Origin: Octopus sinensis
Taxonomy: Eukaryota
Reading direction: 5' to 3'
Assembly: GCF_006345805.1 (NCBI RefSeq)
Contig: NC_042997.1
Span: 22,940,001 to 23,004,000 of the forward strand
Length of the DNA stretch: 64,000 nucleotides
Shown: positions 1-12,714 of the stretch, piece after piece
Layout of the letters: each line of letters opens with the position of its first letter
Position numbering within the stretch: the stretch's first letter is position 1
The notes under the pieces: generated by a model
Told to the model about the DNA's origin: nothing
Database searches by the model: none
What the model saw: the letters and a program-made list of their open reading frames with translations, nothing else
Translations under genes and position numbers: made by a program

Positions 1-454
1 CAACCAACAGTTCAGTTTTATCACCAGTCCAAATAAAAGTCCTGTAATATTTTATTTTCTTTGCTCATCTTGTTGTTTTGATGTTGGTTTTGCAGATAAA
101 TTTTCTATAGGCTCAAGTTATGTAATGCCTCTTCCATTCATATCACTCAGGTTTTGCATATTAGCACTTGAATTATTGTTGGTATTTTACCATTTATCCA
201 CTGGGGATGTAAATAAAATGTAATTTATTGATTTTAAAAAAATTATTATTTCCTAAAACATTCATCTTCACTATGCATACATTAGGAAAGTCACTAAACC
301 ATATAACACCAATATTATACATTATTTTTAACAACCAATTCACATTTATTGTTGCCTAAACAGAAGGCAATTAAAAATTATGTAATATTAGCTTAAGCTA
401 CCAGACACCACCAGTTCAACAGAATATATACCCATAATTAATGTTCTTATATGT

Positions 455-875
455 GTAGGTGTGGGTATGTAGTCAAGAAATTTGCTTCCCAACCTCAGTT
501 TTGAGTTCAGTTCTGCACTTAGCATCTACTATAGCCCTGAGCTGACCAAAGTTTTGTGAGTGAGTTTGATTGATGGAAACTGAAAGAAGCTTATCGTGTG
601 TGTGTGTGTGTGGTGTGTGTGGTGTGTGTGTGTGTGTGTGTGCCTTTGTGTCTCCTTGTCTTAACATCAAATAATAGTAGTAAGTAAGTAACACTGTCAT
701 ACATGCAGTGCCATTCATTTTTAATATTCTGCTAAAACATATCAGGCCATGGGGAAATACAACCTGGCTAGGAAACAGTTGAGGGCTGGAGACATTTGGC
801 CATAGAAAATCGGCCTCAATAAATCCTGTCCAACTCATGCAAGCAAGGAAAAGGGGAGATTAAAACGATAATGAT
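455..875 (+). mobile_element. tRNA-headed SINE, type A (degenerate), with (TG)n centre and RTE-like tail
   Basis: gagttcagtt B-box-like head; gagtttgattgatggaaactgaaagaagc core; tail ccaactcatgcaagc...ttaaaacgataatgat. Confidence 0.75.
597..642. repeat. (TG)n microsatellite; others at about 3325-3352 (CT), 4066-4100 (TA), 10211-10236 (AT), 15748-15786 (GT/AT)
   Basis: Read directly from the sequence. Confidence 0.9.
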
Positions 876-1556
876 CAAATCTATGTACTTATTAATTACT
901 CAAGCAGAAATTACTGCGAAAACCCTACATAAATTTGTGGTAAGTTTGTGTTCCGTCTTCTTGGAAATCTATATTGTGCAACTGCATTACTTTCCTCAAT
1001 CTGCATATGTGTCTCTGTATGTGTATGTGTTTGTAACAACTGACTGATTAATTGAAGAGTATAAAATACAAGATGTGGTGGTGGTATTGGGGGTGGGGGT
1101 TAGGTAGTGGAAAGAGAGGCACATAGGTAAAAAAGGCATGTTCTATACATGAATATCGAATCTGTCCTGTTGGTCACCACTTAATACATCTGTGTGTGTG
1201 TGTGTGTGTGTTTGTGTGTAAATGTGCATGTATGTACATGCATACGTGTGGGTGTGGTCATTGCCTTAGCAACACTTTATGGATATTGGTTACTTGAATA
1301 ATCATTATTTCATAACAACAGTAAATGGGTTTTTTAAATCCTGAATACAGTAAGCATAAACACATTTTTAAAAAAATTAACAATGTTGCATTATAGTTAC
1401 CTACATATAACTTTTAAAATGCTGGTACATCACAGGTTAACTTCTCTAAAATCACCAAAGAACTAGTAACAGCTGATACACATAGGAGGACTGAGTTTTG
1501 CAGAACCCATTGTCTCAGAAACCATGCTTTACAGATTGATGGCAGAACACCATCTC

Positions 1557-2152
1557 AACATCATCATCATCATCGTTTAGTGTCCGCTTTCCATGCTGGT
1601 GTGGGTTGGATGGTGCAACTGGGGTCTGAGAAGCCAGAAGGCTGCACCAGGCCTAGTCTGATCTGGCAATGTTTCTACAGCTGGATGCCCTTCCTAACGC
1701 CAACCACTCCATGAGTGTAGTGGGTGCTTTTTACGTGCCAGATGAGGCTGGCAAACAGCCACGATCGGATGGTGCTTTTCACATGCCACCAGCACGGAGG
1801 CCACGCGAAGCTGGCAATGGCCACGATCAGATGGTGCTTTTTACATGCCAGTTGGGGCGGCGCTGGAAACGGCCACGTTCGGATGGTTCTCTTATGTGCC
1901 ACTGGTACTGGTATCACAGCTACTATTTCCATTGATGTTGATCGATTTTGATTTTGATTTTGATTTTCACTTGCCTCAACAGGTCTTCACAAGTAGAATT
2001 TTGTGTAAGGAAAGGTATACATAAGTGGACTGAGGCCATGGATTATGGTCTCACTTGTCCTGCCGGGTCTTCTCACGCACAGCATACTTCCAAAGGTCTC
2101 GGTCTCTAGTCATTTCCTCGGTGAGACCTAAAGTTCAAAGGTCATGCTTCAT
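1557..2152 (-). mobile_element. RTE-clade LINE 3' end (3' UTR with tandem modules and (ATG)n tail)
   Basis: (CAT)n then cgtttagtgtccgctttccatgctgg; four GGTGCTTTT-A(C/T)(G/A)TGCCA-type modules; same sequence as the 3' end of RT-bearing copies elsewhere in the window. Confidence 0.88.
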
Positions 2153-2399
2153 GGTCTCTATTTAAGACAGCTGCTGCATTTCTTTTTCCTATTGACCTTA
2201 CTGGTGCAAACAGTGTGGACAGTGGCCTGGGAATGGAATTTGCTTAGTGGGTGCAAACTCAGTTCCAAAATGTTTATACAAGCAAGGCCAAGATTTTGTC
2301 AATCTTAATATCAAATCAAACACAGGTATAATAATTTTTTTATTATTGTACAAGGAAAAGTAATGTTTCAAATCACTCCAAATTTTATTCTATACTCAC

Positions 2400-2745
2400 T
2401 TTTTTGGTGATGAAGTTTTCCAAGAGGATGTCCAAAGTGTTTTCCTTGCACAAGATTTTATGTACATACATTACAGCATAGTGTATTAGACAATGTTGTG
2501 TTATTGTGGTACAGAGTCAGGTCTTCAAACAACAAAGTGTGTTGAACATTCTTTCGCTTGATGCAACAGACACAGGCTTGCAACAGGATGACATTTTTAT
2601 CACAAAGGCTGTTCCATAGTGCTTTCAGAAGAATGGTGATTTGGTGAACAAAGTTCAATGCATCGATGTCCATGGCAACCATAGATCCAACTTCTTGGAG
2701 GACAGGGTCCAGAGAGTGATTTCCGTAGTGTACAAAATATGTACC
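2400..2745 (-). mobile_element. Possible decayed hAT-family transposase fragment
   Basis: Minus-frame YFVHYGNHSLDPVLQE resembles the hAT C-x2-H-x-L-x-L segment, followed by ALNFVHQI and KRK; stops and frameshifts follow. Confidence 0.35.
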
Positions 2746-3321
2746 AGGAAATATGTATTTTAATCTCTTTTGCTTACCTCCCACTCTCCAATACTGTCCG
2801 CTTGGCCCTTGTGCCACTGTATCATTGTTCTCCAATAGTCCCCAACCTGTGTGTTCTTCCCACACACCCTGTCTCACTGTATCATTGCTATTTGCTTGCC
2901 TCCAGCCTGTGTGTTCCAACCAGACGTAACAAAAAAATTTTTCACATACCATACCCCTAACAAATCAATCTACATCTCTTCTCTTCCTCACATTTCCTCC
3001 TTCATACACTATGCATAGCTCTCACTCCCAATCCTGTCCTCATGGCCCTGTCCCTCTGTAACATTGCTATCCGGTAGCCCTCCGACTCTATATATACCCA
3101 GGTTTTTGCCACTCACTCCCCTCCAAATTCTTTAATCATGCTTCCTTCATAATATCCTACACTTTTATTATGACGTTCAACCCTCAAGGGTATGCTCTGG
3201 CTCTTGCCACCATCTCTATCCTGCTGTTTCCCATTCTTCTGCTCCTTCTCCTGCACTTCCCTCAGGTTGGGTAACCATGTAGTTCCTTTGCAGCAGTGCA
3301 CCTCTTTCTGTCTCCATTCCT

Positions 3322-3355
<34 letters not shown>

Positions 3356-4076
3356 GCTGGCTAACCTTGTACCTCCTTTACTGTAAGACACTTGTTTCTG
3401 TCTCTCTGTCCCACTATAATCCAACACAAGATCACCTCCTCTCAAAAGAGAATTTTTTTGTCTTGCAAGTACTTGGTGACCCTGTCAGTGCAGGTGCCAC
3501 TTAAAGGCACCCAATCCGCACTGTAAAATGACTGGCATTTGTAAGGGCATCCAGCTGTAAAAACCTTGCCAAAACTGACTTCGCTTGTGCTTGTACCATG
3601 TAAAAAGCACTAAGTCCATGCCACTGAGAGGGGATGTTAGGAAGGGCACCATCATCCATTGGACACATTTCTCTCCTATGACATCACGGTTTTCTTTTAC
3701 ACAGTGTCTTGCAATCCAAAATACTTCAGTTCTTTGGTCCTCACGTCACTGAACATTGGCAAACTTTTTTCTGCTACTCCCTTGGCTATATATACCTATC
3801 TCCTAACTTCCCTTTTGGTTATCTGATACATTCTCCTTGCTACCCCGACTCTTCCAGGCCTGTTTCTTTGCTCCAATGGCCTGGTCTATAGTATTGTTCC
3901 ACTACCATGTTACCTAAGTCTGGTAGGGACTTTGCATCAGCCACAGATTTGGCCTGTGGTGCTCAGCAAGCTGTCTTGCAGGAATTCCCAGCTGCCTTCT
4001 ATGTCCCAGGACTGTATGTCCTCCTCCCTATCATCAAATTTCTCGGTAAGAATATCCCTAAATCTATATCTATATC

Positions 4077-4110
<34 letters not shown>

Positions 4111-4364
4111 TACACGTTTATCAATTCATTTTGCAAGATTCCTAATGTGAAATCGTGTGCTGAAACAGATATTGTTGTATTTCGAGATGGTCGTTTTTTG
4201 TGTTTTTTTTTGCCAAATAAACACATGCACTATATATTTCTATTCTTCATTTGTTTATAACTGTTCTTATTTTATTAGTTTAACTCATGTCTATTGTCCA
4301 GGAATCTTTCATCACACATCTGTGACCTCTTCAGCAACACTTTTCATTTTTGTGTGTGTTCTTG

Positions 4365-4740
4365 TTACACTTACTCCAGAAATCGACCCTAGGACTTATT
4401 CTTTGTAAGCTTAGTACTTATTCTATTGGTCTCTTTTATTTAACTGCTAAGTTATGGGGATGTAAACTCACCAGCATCGATTGTCAAGTGATGGTGGGTG
4501 GGTGGGGACAAACAAAGACACATAAATATATACATATATATATAAACAAACATACACACACACACACATATATATATATATACACGGTGGCCTTCTTTCA
4601 GTTTCCATCTACCAAATCCACTCACAAGGCTTTGGTTGTTCCGAGGCTATAGAAGACACTTGCTCAGAGTGCCACGCAGTGGGATTAAACCCAGAACCAT
4701 GTGGTTGGGAAGTAAGCTTCTTACCACAAAGCCACACCTT
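4365..4740 (-). mobile_element. tRNA-headed SINE, type A (long variant with central microsatellite)
   Basis: Reverse complement of gtggtaagaagcttacttcccaaccacatggttctgggtttaatccc...ggatttggtagatggaaactgaaagaagg; (CA)/(TA) centre. Confidence 0.85.
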
Positions 4741-4929
4741 TAATGTTGAGGATGCTTTAGTTCAGTAATATATCTTTCTAGGAATTTTGGGTGTTTTCTT
4801 TTTATATATCTTAGTTCTTTGTTCTTATTTTCTAAGCCTGGGAAAGGTAAATATGGGGTGCAATATTGAATTTTGCAACTCCAAAAATTTCAGGTGTGGA
4901 ATCCAGTGCGTAGAGGTGCGAATTATTTT

Positions 4930-6402
4930 CAAAAGCATTTACTATTGACAGACATATCTGGTGAAGTAAGGAGCAATCTAGACAGTAGTGCAAGTGGGTT
5001 TACTCACTGAAGTTTCATCGTCACTTGCCACAGGGGCAAAAGAGATGCTCTATAAAGAAGAAACTATAGAGCTATCAAACTAATGAAAGTAACAGGAAGA
5101 GCTTTTGCTAGACTAATTTGCAGGATTTTAGCTTAGTAGAGATGCAATTTGGATCTGTGCCAATATGAGACATCACTGATGATCTCTACTCAGCAAAACA
5201 ACTACAAGAGAAGTTCTTAGCTGAGAGTAAGCCACTATACCAAGCATTTGTTGATCTGGAGAAGGTCTTTGACAGAGTACCATGCTGGTGACCTGATAGT
5301 CTTTAAGAAAGCAAGGTATAGATGACTGGCTTGAGACAGCTTTGCAAACCACATACAAAAATGCAGTCAGCAATATGAGAGCTAGGATTAAATTCAATGA
5401 GGAATTTCATGTTCAGGTCTGTCAAGGCTTGATTGTCAGCCTTCTTCTATTTATTGTAGTTCTCCAGAAATTTAAAACTGACCATGAAATTTCCTGTAAG
5501 CCAGTGATCTAGTTCTCATAGCTAGTTCTATTGGAGATTTAGAGAAGAAATTGCAGGTATGGAAGCAAAGTTAATAAGAAAAAAGCCTCATAAACATAAG
5601 TAAATATAACATGAAAAAAGAGAGTTGAAAAAGATATGTAAAAAAAGAATAGTTAGTAATTCCCTGTGGTGTGTCTAGTGTTAATTATGGCTGCACATGA
5701 AATATAGTAGGATCACAAGTAAGCTGACCAAAAGGGAAGACTTTGTAAGTCTTAAATGCACATGAGTAGTTAGCAGTAAGAACATCTATGAAATAAATTA
5801 CTTCATATTGTTTAGAAGGCCTTTATATGTAGTTGGTCTAATTAACAATGGCAGCAGGACTGTTGAAAATACAGTAGCCAGAGAGAGAAGGAATCTGTTA
5901 TATCTGTTGGCGAACAAAGGAACACTTTCTTCAAGTGAAGAGTATATACAGTTTTCATATGAAGTGTGATGTTGCATGGTAGTGAAACGTGGGCAATGAA
6001 TGAAGAGGGCATGTGAAAGCTGGAGAGAAATGAAGCAAGCATGTTCTAGTGGATTTGTAATGTTAGTGATGAAGTATAAACAAGCTGATAAGAAAACTGC
6101 ATAGAAGAGGAATCAGTTGCAGTGAGCTAAGCAGAAGACTGTTCTGGTACAGAATGAATGCAACAGAAATGAATAATGGCAGCTGAATAAAGAAGAAACA
6201 AGATATTCAAGTGGAAGGTAGTTGTAGAAGAAGCTGACTGATGAAGACATTGGCAAAGGTGGAAAAGCTGATTTCAAGACACTAAACCTCACAAAGGAGA
6301 TGACAAAGATATTCAAAAAATAATAAGATTCTGTTCTGGACAAGACCTATGCAACCCAGGAAAGAAGAGAAAAATGGATGCCAAAATAATGATGATGTTG
6401 AT
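4930..6402 (+). mobile_element. Old RTE LINE copy (RT through 3' tail), heavily decayed
   Basis: Relics of YRAIKL, FVDLEKVFDRV and LHGSETWA; ends in aaaatggatgccaaaataatgatgatg. Confidence 0.8.
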
Positions 6403-8399
6403 CAGATCATCTATGTTTAATTTGGTCTCAAACTACATGATTTTATTGTTATTGTTTAAATTCAGATCAACTTTGATTGAGAGATCTTTGATCAAAGGTA
6501 TTCCAACCAAGATAACCGTGTAGTTCCAGATTACCTTTTCTGTAAGGTATGATTGAAAAAAGATTTGGCTGCTATTCTTTATCAGACTGAGCAACCAGTT
6601 AGATGATTTCTCATTGGTATGTACCATGCAATACAGACAACAAAGAAGGTACAAACTGACAGAGAACTAGTTGTTAACAGTGTTTTTGGCTATGTTAGTG
6701 TTAATTCTGGATAGTACTGCTCACATCTCTGAGATGTTGCTGCACACACAATCCAAAAGAAGAGCCTTCAGCTGATTGGCAAATATTTACACATCAACAA
6801 ACTGCGACTTCTAACATGTGCAATTTCTTTACTCTGTCTCTTCCACACATAGGGATAACAAATAGGGATAAATGCAAGTGTGAAGACATACAAAATTCCC
6901 TCTGGTTTATCATGCCTGTTAGGGTGGGGGTGCCAAAAGTGTTCTTGCTCCCAGGTGCTGAGAATTTTTGCTGTACCACAGCCTATGTTCTTTTAAACTA
7001 GGTAACTGCATATACCCTTCACCCAGATTCATTTGACCCACCAGTCTCCCTTCCTGTTGTTACCTCTATGTTTGTTTAATCAGCTCATCCATAGATTCCA
7101 GCTGCTATTATTGAATGACTTGCCTAATCCTTCCTCCCTAGAACTATAATTCTTCTCCACCTCAGTTAACAACCTTCAGATATTCAAACTGAACATTAGT
7201 CTCACTTGTCTCAGAGATTGTGCAAAAAAGTCTTGAGCACTATTCTTCCTATCTTGATCAAAATTGTATTTTAAAAATATCTGATTATACTCTTACTTAT
7301 TTTTTTCTCTTTATTTCCTACCGAACAACTTTTCAAGAAAGCCAGCCTTTGCTTAGTACCTTTCTCAGTTCTTTGATCTAATGAGAATCCCCTCACACAT
7401 ACACACATGCTGCCTCGACTTGAATATTAAAATCTTCCTAAAAATACTCTCACTTGTTTAAGAAAAAAAAGGGGGATGGTCACTGTCTGAATACTTTAAA
7501 TTGTAGTACTGCTCATTTAGAGCTAACCATGGCCTATACAATGACATGCCTATTCTTAGCCCAATAACCAGAATTTTTGATGATATTGATTACCAAATGC
7601 ACCACAATACTGAGATACTCCTGCAAAATATTTCAGATATTATTGTTTGTGCTTATTTCATGTCAGCATGCTTGAGTACACCTATGATCAAAAGCATGTT
7701 ATGATTACTCTGCCATTTTTGGGCAATATAAGATTGATAAGCATTCTCACCTTGTTCAAGACAGCAAGGTGTAGCTTGAAGGAGAGTTGGCAGCTATTTC
7801 TAACAAGTTGAACAACTTAAAGATTCCCCACTTGTCTCATAATAATGAGATACGTTTCATTATGTAGATGGATTGTGTAAATCAAAATCATTTGTATTTA
7901 GTTTATTTAACCACTATGTAAAACATGTTTATGCACTGTTATCTAACCCATAACAGAATATACATTTGTTTGTAGTTGGCGATGGACGAGGTAACCCTTC
8001 TACATAGATGAAGTAAAAGCTGTTGCTGAATAGCTAGAACTTATGCCAGTTAATTCCTGTAGGGATCAGCAAATCAGACAAGTCAGGGTTGAGTAAGGCA
8101 TTTAATGCCAAGCTTGAGGAGTGTTTCTTGGTAAAAATTACAAAAATGGGAGAGATGGGTGGATTGCATCAGCTGTGAGTCCAGAAGAGCAGAGCCAGTA
8201 ACTGAGACAAAGTGGAAACGGCAATTGTGATCTACTGGTATAACATTGACTTAAGGATGTAGATAGCGATTGCATTTTCCTAAGTATGCATACTTAAAAT
8301 AACTATAATATAATTTGCCTTTTGGAACCCATGCTGTGCTAAACTGACATCTCCAAATACATTACAATTATTTGTAGCTATCAACAGTTGACCACATCT

Positions 8400-8889
8400 G
8401 GAAAACAGTACGAACAGATTACGTGTTATTAGTAATATTAATCAAATCTCATACAAAACATAGTATGACAGAATCGGCATGTTGATTCCGGACTGAGATG
8501 GAATCGAAACTTGACCTTTCCAGACTACTGAATCGCTTCTAACTGATCAGTCGGCAAATTCGTTGCGTGAAGCTGCTTGAGTTACAGAACAACATAAATT
8601 AAAATTTCTTTGACAAGCTCAATGAGAGCTAAAAAAAGAATTCCTGATAGACCTTTAGTTTATTTCGCATTGTAAATATATTAAAATATTTTTTTTTCTA
8701 AAGTAATAATAAGATACTTTACAAATATATTGATAACTGGTTTGTATTCAAAGATATTTTTGAAGATATCCATGCAAATTTACAGAACTATTTTCTTGTA
8801 ACTCAGAAATTTTGTCACATAAAGTGATGTAGTTCAGACTTGATTACATGTGGATTAATATCTACAACAGCATGTAGTACGGAAACAAC
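8400..8889 (+). promoter_or_regulatory. Probable GLG1 promoter / 5' UTR region (AT-rich but CpG-retaining)
   Basis: About nine CpGs in 8410-8570 against strong CpG depletion in most of the window; lies directly upstream of the start codon. The transcription start cannot be located. Confidence 0.5.
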
Positions 8890-9246
8890 ATGGCGGTCTC
8901 CGTACGTGTTCACTCACACGTTATTTTATTATTATTATTCATGGTTACAATGCATTCTAATTATGCATTTGGACGCAAGGATTATGGCGTAGATATCCCT
9001 AGTGAAATGAAACGAAATATTATTGAAGATTCGGTAAAGAAACATAAAATAATTTCTACAGTAGGAAGTCCAGGTGCACATAAGGAAAGAAAGCTAGGTC
9101 CTCACCATGTACGTAGTGCCAGGAAACGTCCACCTTTAAAGATTTTTGAATCTCGTGAATGTAAAACTGAAGTCAGTCTATATTGTAGCAAAAACACATA
9201 TGAAAATAATATTGAAATATTAGAATGCTTGCAAAATGACTTAAAG
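8890..9246 (+). CDS. GLG1: GLG1 coding exon 1: signal peptide, basic linker and start of first Cys-rich GLG1 repeat (119 aa, MAVSVRVHSHVILLLLF...ILECLQNDLK)
   Basis: ATG at 8890 in ACAACATGG context; hydrophobic VILLLLFMVTM stretch; ECKTEVSLYC...IEILECLQ matches the GLG1 repeat; donor AAG|gtaagg at 9247, phase 0. Confidence 0.93.
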
Positions 9247-10599
9247 GTAAGGGACACTAAGCTTACTTTCATACAATTTGAATGTATTACATGCAGTTTG
9301 GTAGTGTTACATTTGTCAAAATTTATTTTATATATATATATACGTATTAAGTTTGTTAATGTTTCATTCGAAACAATTAAATTAGTAAAGATGTGACAAA
9401 ATTATAGATTAAAAAAGAAAGGAATAACAATAGTTGAAAGTCGATTGAAAAGCATTTTATATTTTCATAGCTCTGTGGGTGACTTGTATTTATATTTTTG
9501 TTCATTTAGTCCAAGATTTTGAGTCGGAATCTTCCTCCAAAAAGCTCTGTAGCCTAATATTTGAAGAAAACATTTTTATACCTCCTCATTTATAATTCTA
9601 ATCTGCTATAAGGATAATTTAAAGCAAACACTCTCTGTTTATTATTTTTCGCTAATGAAAATTCCGAGCTAAGATGCTTTTGTTTATTTCTATCAAATTT
9701 TCGTGTTGCATCTCGATATAACACTCCGAATTATAGAGACTGGAAACTTAAAAAAAAAAACAAAAAAAAACGTTTTTTTTTTTCTCTCTCTCGCTCGTGG
9801 TATTGAATGAATGCTCATGAATTATATTCTAGGTTTTTTTTTGTACACTTTTGTACATCAAGCAAAACATCATCAATCAAAACCCATTTATTTCATCGAA
9901 ACTTTTAAAAACATTAATTTTCGTTGTTGAATTTTTAGTTTGTTTATATTTTCTTTACGCACTCACACACAAGACATTTAGAATCTATAGACAATTATAA
10001 TTCATATTCGTTTCTGCTTAGATAATCAACGAAAATGAAGTCTTGTTTATAGATACTCTTTGGCAGTTTTTTTTTTTCGGAATCGGCAAACGAAAATATT
10101 ACAAATGAATGAATAATTTCTGTGTAGTGGACAGAAAATTCACGGATTTTTTTAAATGATAGCCTCTTAGTGTTTAATAAACCACCGAGTCACATGTGTT
10201 GTGTGTGAGAGTATATATATATATATATATATATATTTATAAATTGAACTCCAGTTCATTTATCGTTTGTAGTATACGTTTTCTGTCGATTATAAATGAT
10301 ATTAAAGGATGTATGTGTTTTGGCTTCGCTTTGAAACACGGCTTTGATCCAAATGTAATTATAGTTCACTATTTGAAGTTATACCAGTCAATGAGAATTT
10401 ACTGTTTTAATTCATTCACTTTAGATTTTTCTCCAGATTTCCCTATTCTATGAATTTATTTTAAAGGTTACTCTATTAAGACATATCTTTAATGTTATTC
10501 TTAATCCATTTGGGGATTCAAGCATTCTGTATTTGCTTGCTGTTTTATCCCCAGGATCCTATCCCTTCTTGTTGCTTTTAATTCATTTGTCATTTTAAA

Positions 10600-11300
10600 A
10601 ACAAAAATCCTAATCTAAACACTATTGATCGCCATTTCAAGCATTTTTGAAAGTGGTCTAATAGTTCATGTCTGTAGAATTCCTGGTTACGTTTATAAAC
10701 TTAGACGCATATTGTCCCGAGGTAAATCTGTTGACAAGATCTACACTTCATTTTTTTTTAATAGCACTGTCAACGTCATAGAAGATGTCTGCATCTGCTT
10801 GTCAGATTTTTCTCATTAAAAGATCCGTGAAATAAACCCCTTTTGATTTTCATGTAGGTGGCGATTTTGGCAGATTTTTCTCTTTATTTTTTTGTAACCT
10901 CTGGTAGTGTAGCTTGTTAGCTATTTGATAATGAGATTGTTAGAATGACTAGGAGCAGTTTTCACAGCCCATCGTGAAATAGTTTCCTCAGATTTGTAAG
11001 TTTGTGTTTCTTTTGAAGTTGTAGAGGATTTAAAAAATCGACATGTAGAAAGGGAAATACTTCGAATTGAACAAATTAACATAATACCTTCATTCTTTAA
11101 TACTGTTTGTGTAAATATTAAAAGCTCATCCAACTGCATCATTTTCAACCAAATTAGAAATGATCATTGTTAAGCAATAATTAGCGCATTTGACTCCTAC
11201 ATGTCCTGTCACGGATGTGTCCAGTATCCATAACAACATCAAATGCATTATTTCTGCATTACCTTACTATATCCAGTTCACAGTTGGCTCTTGAATGATA
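10600..11300 (-). mobile_element. Possible Penelope-like relic (GIY-YIG endonuclease remnant)
   Basis: Minus-frame MKCRSCQQIYLGT (about 10720-10760) fits the Y-x-I-x-C-x2-C-x3-YIG-x-T motif; the surrounding frames are broken. Confidence 0.3.
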
Positions 11301-12714
11301 TTCAGTTCTTAAAGAAATTTAATGATTTTTTTTTATCGTGATTGACATTCATTTTAAGCACGGAATTTGAATACACGATTGACAAAATTTAAGGAGTTTA
11401 CGTATATCTAAGAATAAAGAACAAACGTTTCGAAGGTCCATCCTTATGGTTGTCTCAACACCAGCTCAGCCCTGATCGTAACCACTCGCCACCTTTTTTT
11501 TTTTTTTTTTTCAAAACAGAAATGTGCATGTAGTTCTACATTATTCAATATGGCACCCTAAAAAAAAAGCTTCAGCGTGATTCAAGGGAGATTTGACTGC
11601 TGTTTGTGGCAGGTTGAGCAACCGGGTACGAGCTTCTTCTTTGATTCGTTTCTATTGTGGCGTTGCAAAAACTGTGCATTCCGAGGATTTGGTCAAATTA
11701 ATGCCAACTCGCCTTGACAATGTAATGATCCAGTTTTTGCTAACCGCACATTTTAATATGGGTTACCGAATGTGGAAATGGGATTCGATTCAGAACGTAA
11801 AAGGACTTGACCAAATACCTATTTCTTTATTACCCACAAGGGGCTAAACACATACTTGACCAAATACCGTCAGTCCTAGAACCTTGTGGTTGCAAAGTCC
11901 GTGCTGTTGAAAGCTGTTGGACTGGGTTTAAATATAACGTCTGTCCACTGATCTTGGTTCTGAATAAGTTCATGAGCACTGTCTTTTCTCCTCAGACATA
12001 GCCATAAAATGTGTGTACATACAGGCAGGATTTCTGAATGAAACAAAACAAAGATATTAAAGAGAAAAAAACTCCAAGAAAAACTGTATCCATGTTCAAC
12101 GAGAGACATCAAAATAGCACACCATTCATTAAAACCACCTTTATCCCTTAGAATAGCCATAATACACCATGGAAGTGATGCATTTCCACTCTACCATAAA
12201 AACAAAAAAGGTAAGCAACAGGAAAGGCATCCGACCATAGAAGATTCACCTCAACAAATTCTGTCTGACCCATGCAAACCTGGAAAAGTTGATGTTAAAT
12301 GATGATGATGATAACGTGTGTATCACTGTCATCATTCTAAGTTCATTTTACATTCAAACACGAGTTGGATAGTTCAACAGGATCCAATGAGCCAGTAGTT
12401 CATGTCTTGATCTAATGTCTTATTTTTGGCATGGTTTCTATTGTTGGATGTCTTAACATCAGCCACTTTTACACAATATACTGGGTGTATTTTTTTTATG
12501 GTACCAGCATTATAGAAGTTACTTTGTTATTGGTATGACTAAAGAGCTCTCTCAAGATCTGTGTTGTTGCTACTCAAATCAGTTACCATTTCCAGTGTGT
12601 TCTGAGTGTTTTTTTGTGAGAGCAGCATTGGTGGTGGTGGGGTCACCTTGTAGCTTCCAAAGCAAAAGAGATCCTCCACAATTGATGAAACAGACTTATT
12701 GCGAGATGATGGTA

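Noticed and set aside
7975-8280. Coding-like composition upstream of the promoter, a possible divergent exon
   Set aside because: All frames I translated contain stops and I recognised no product; at most an old LINE relic.
9247-9396. Extension of the 168-aa ORF beyond LQNDLK
   Set aside because: Intron 1 read-through; a consensus donor lies at 9247 and GLG1 homology resumes in exon 2.
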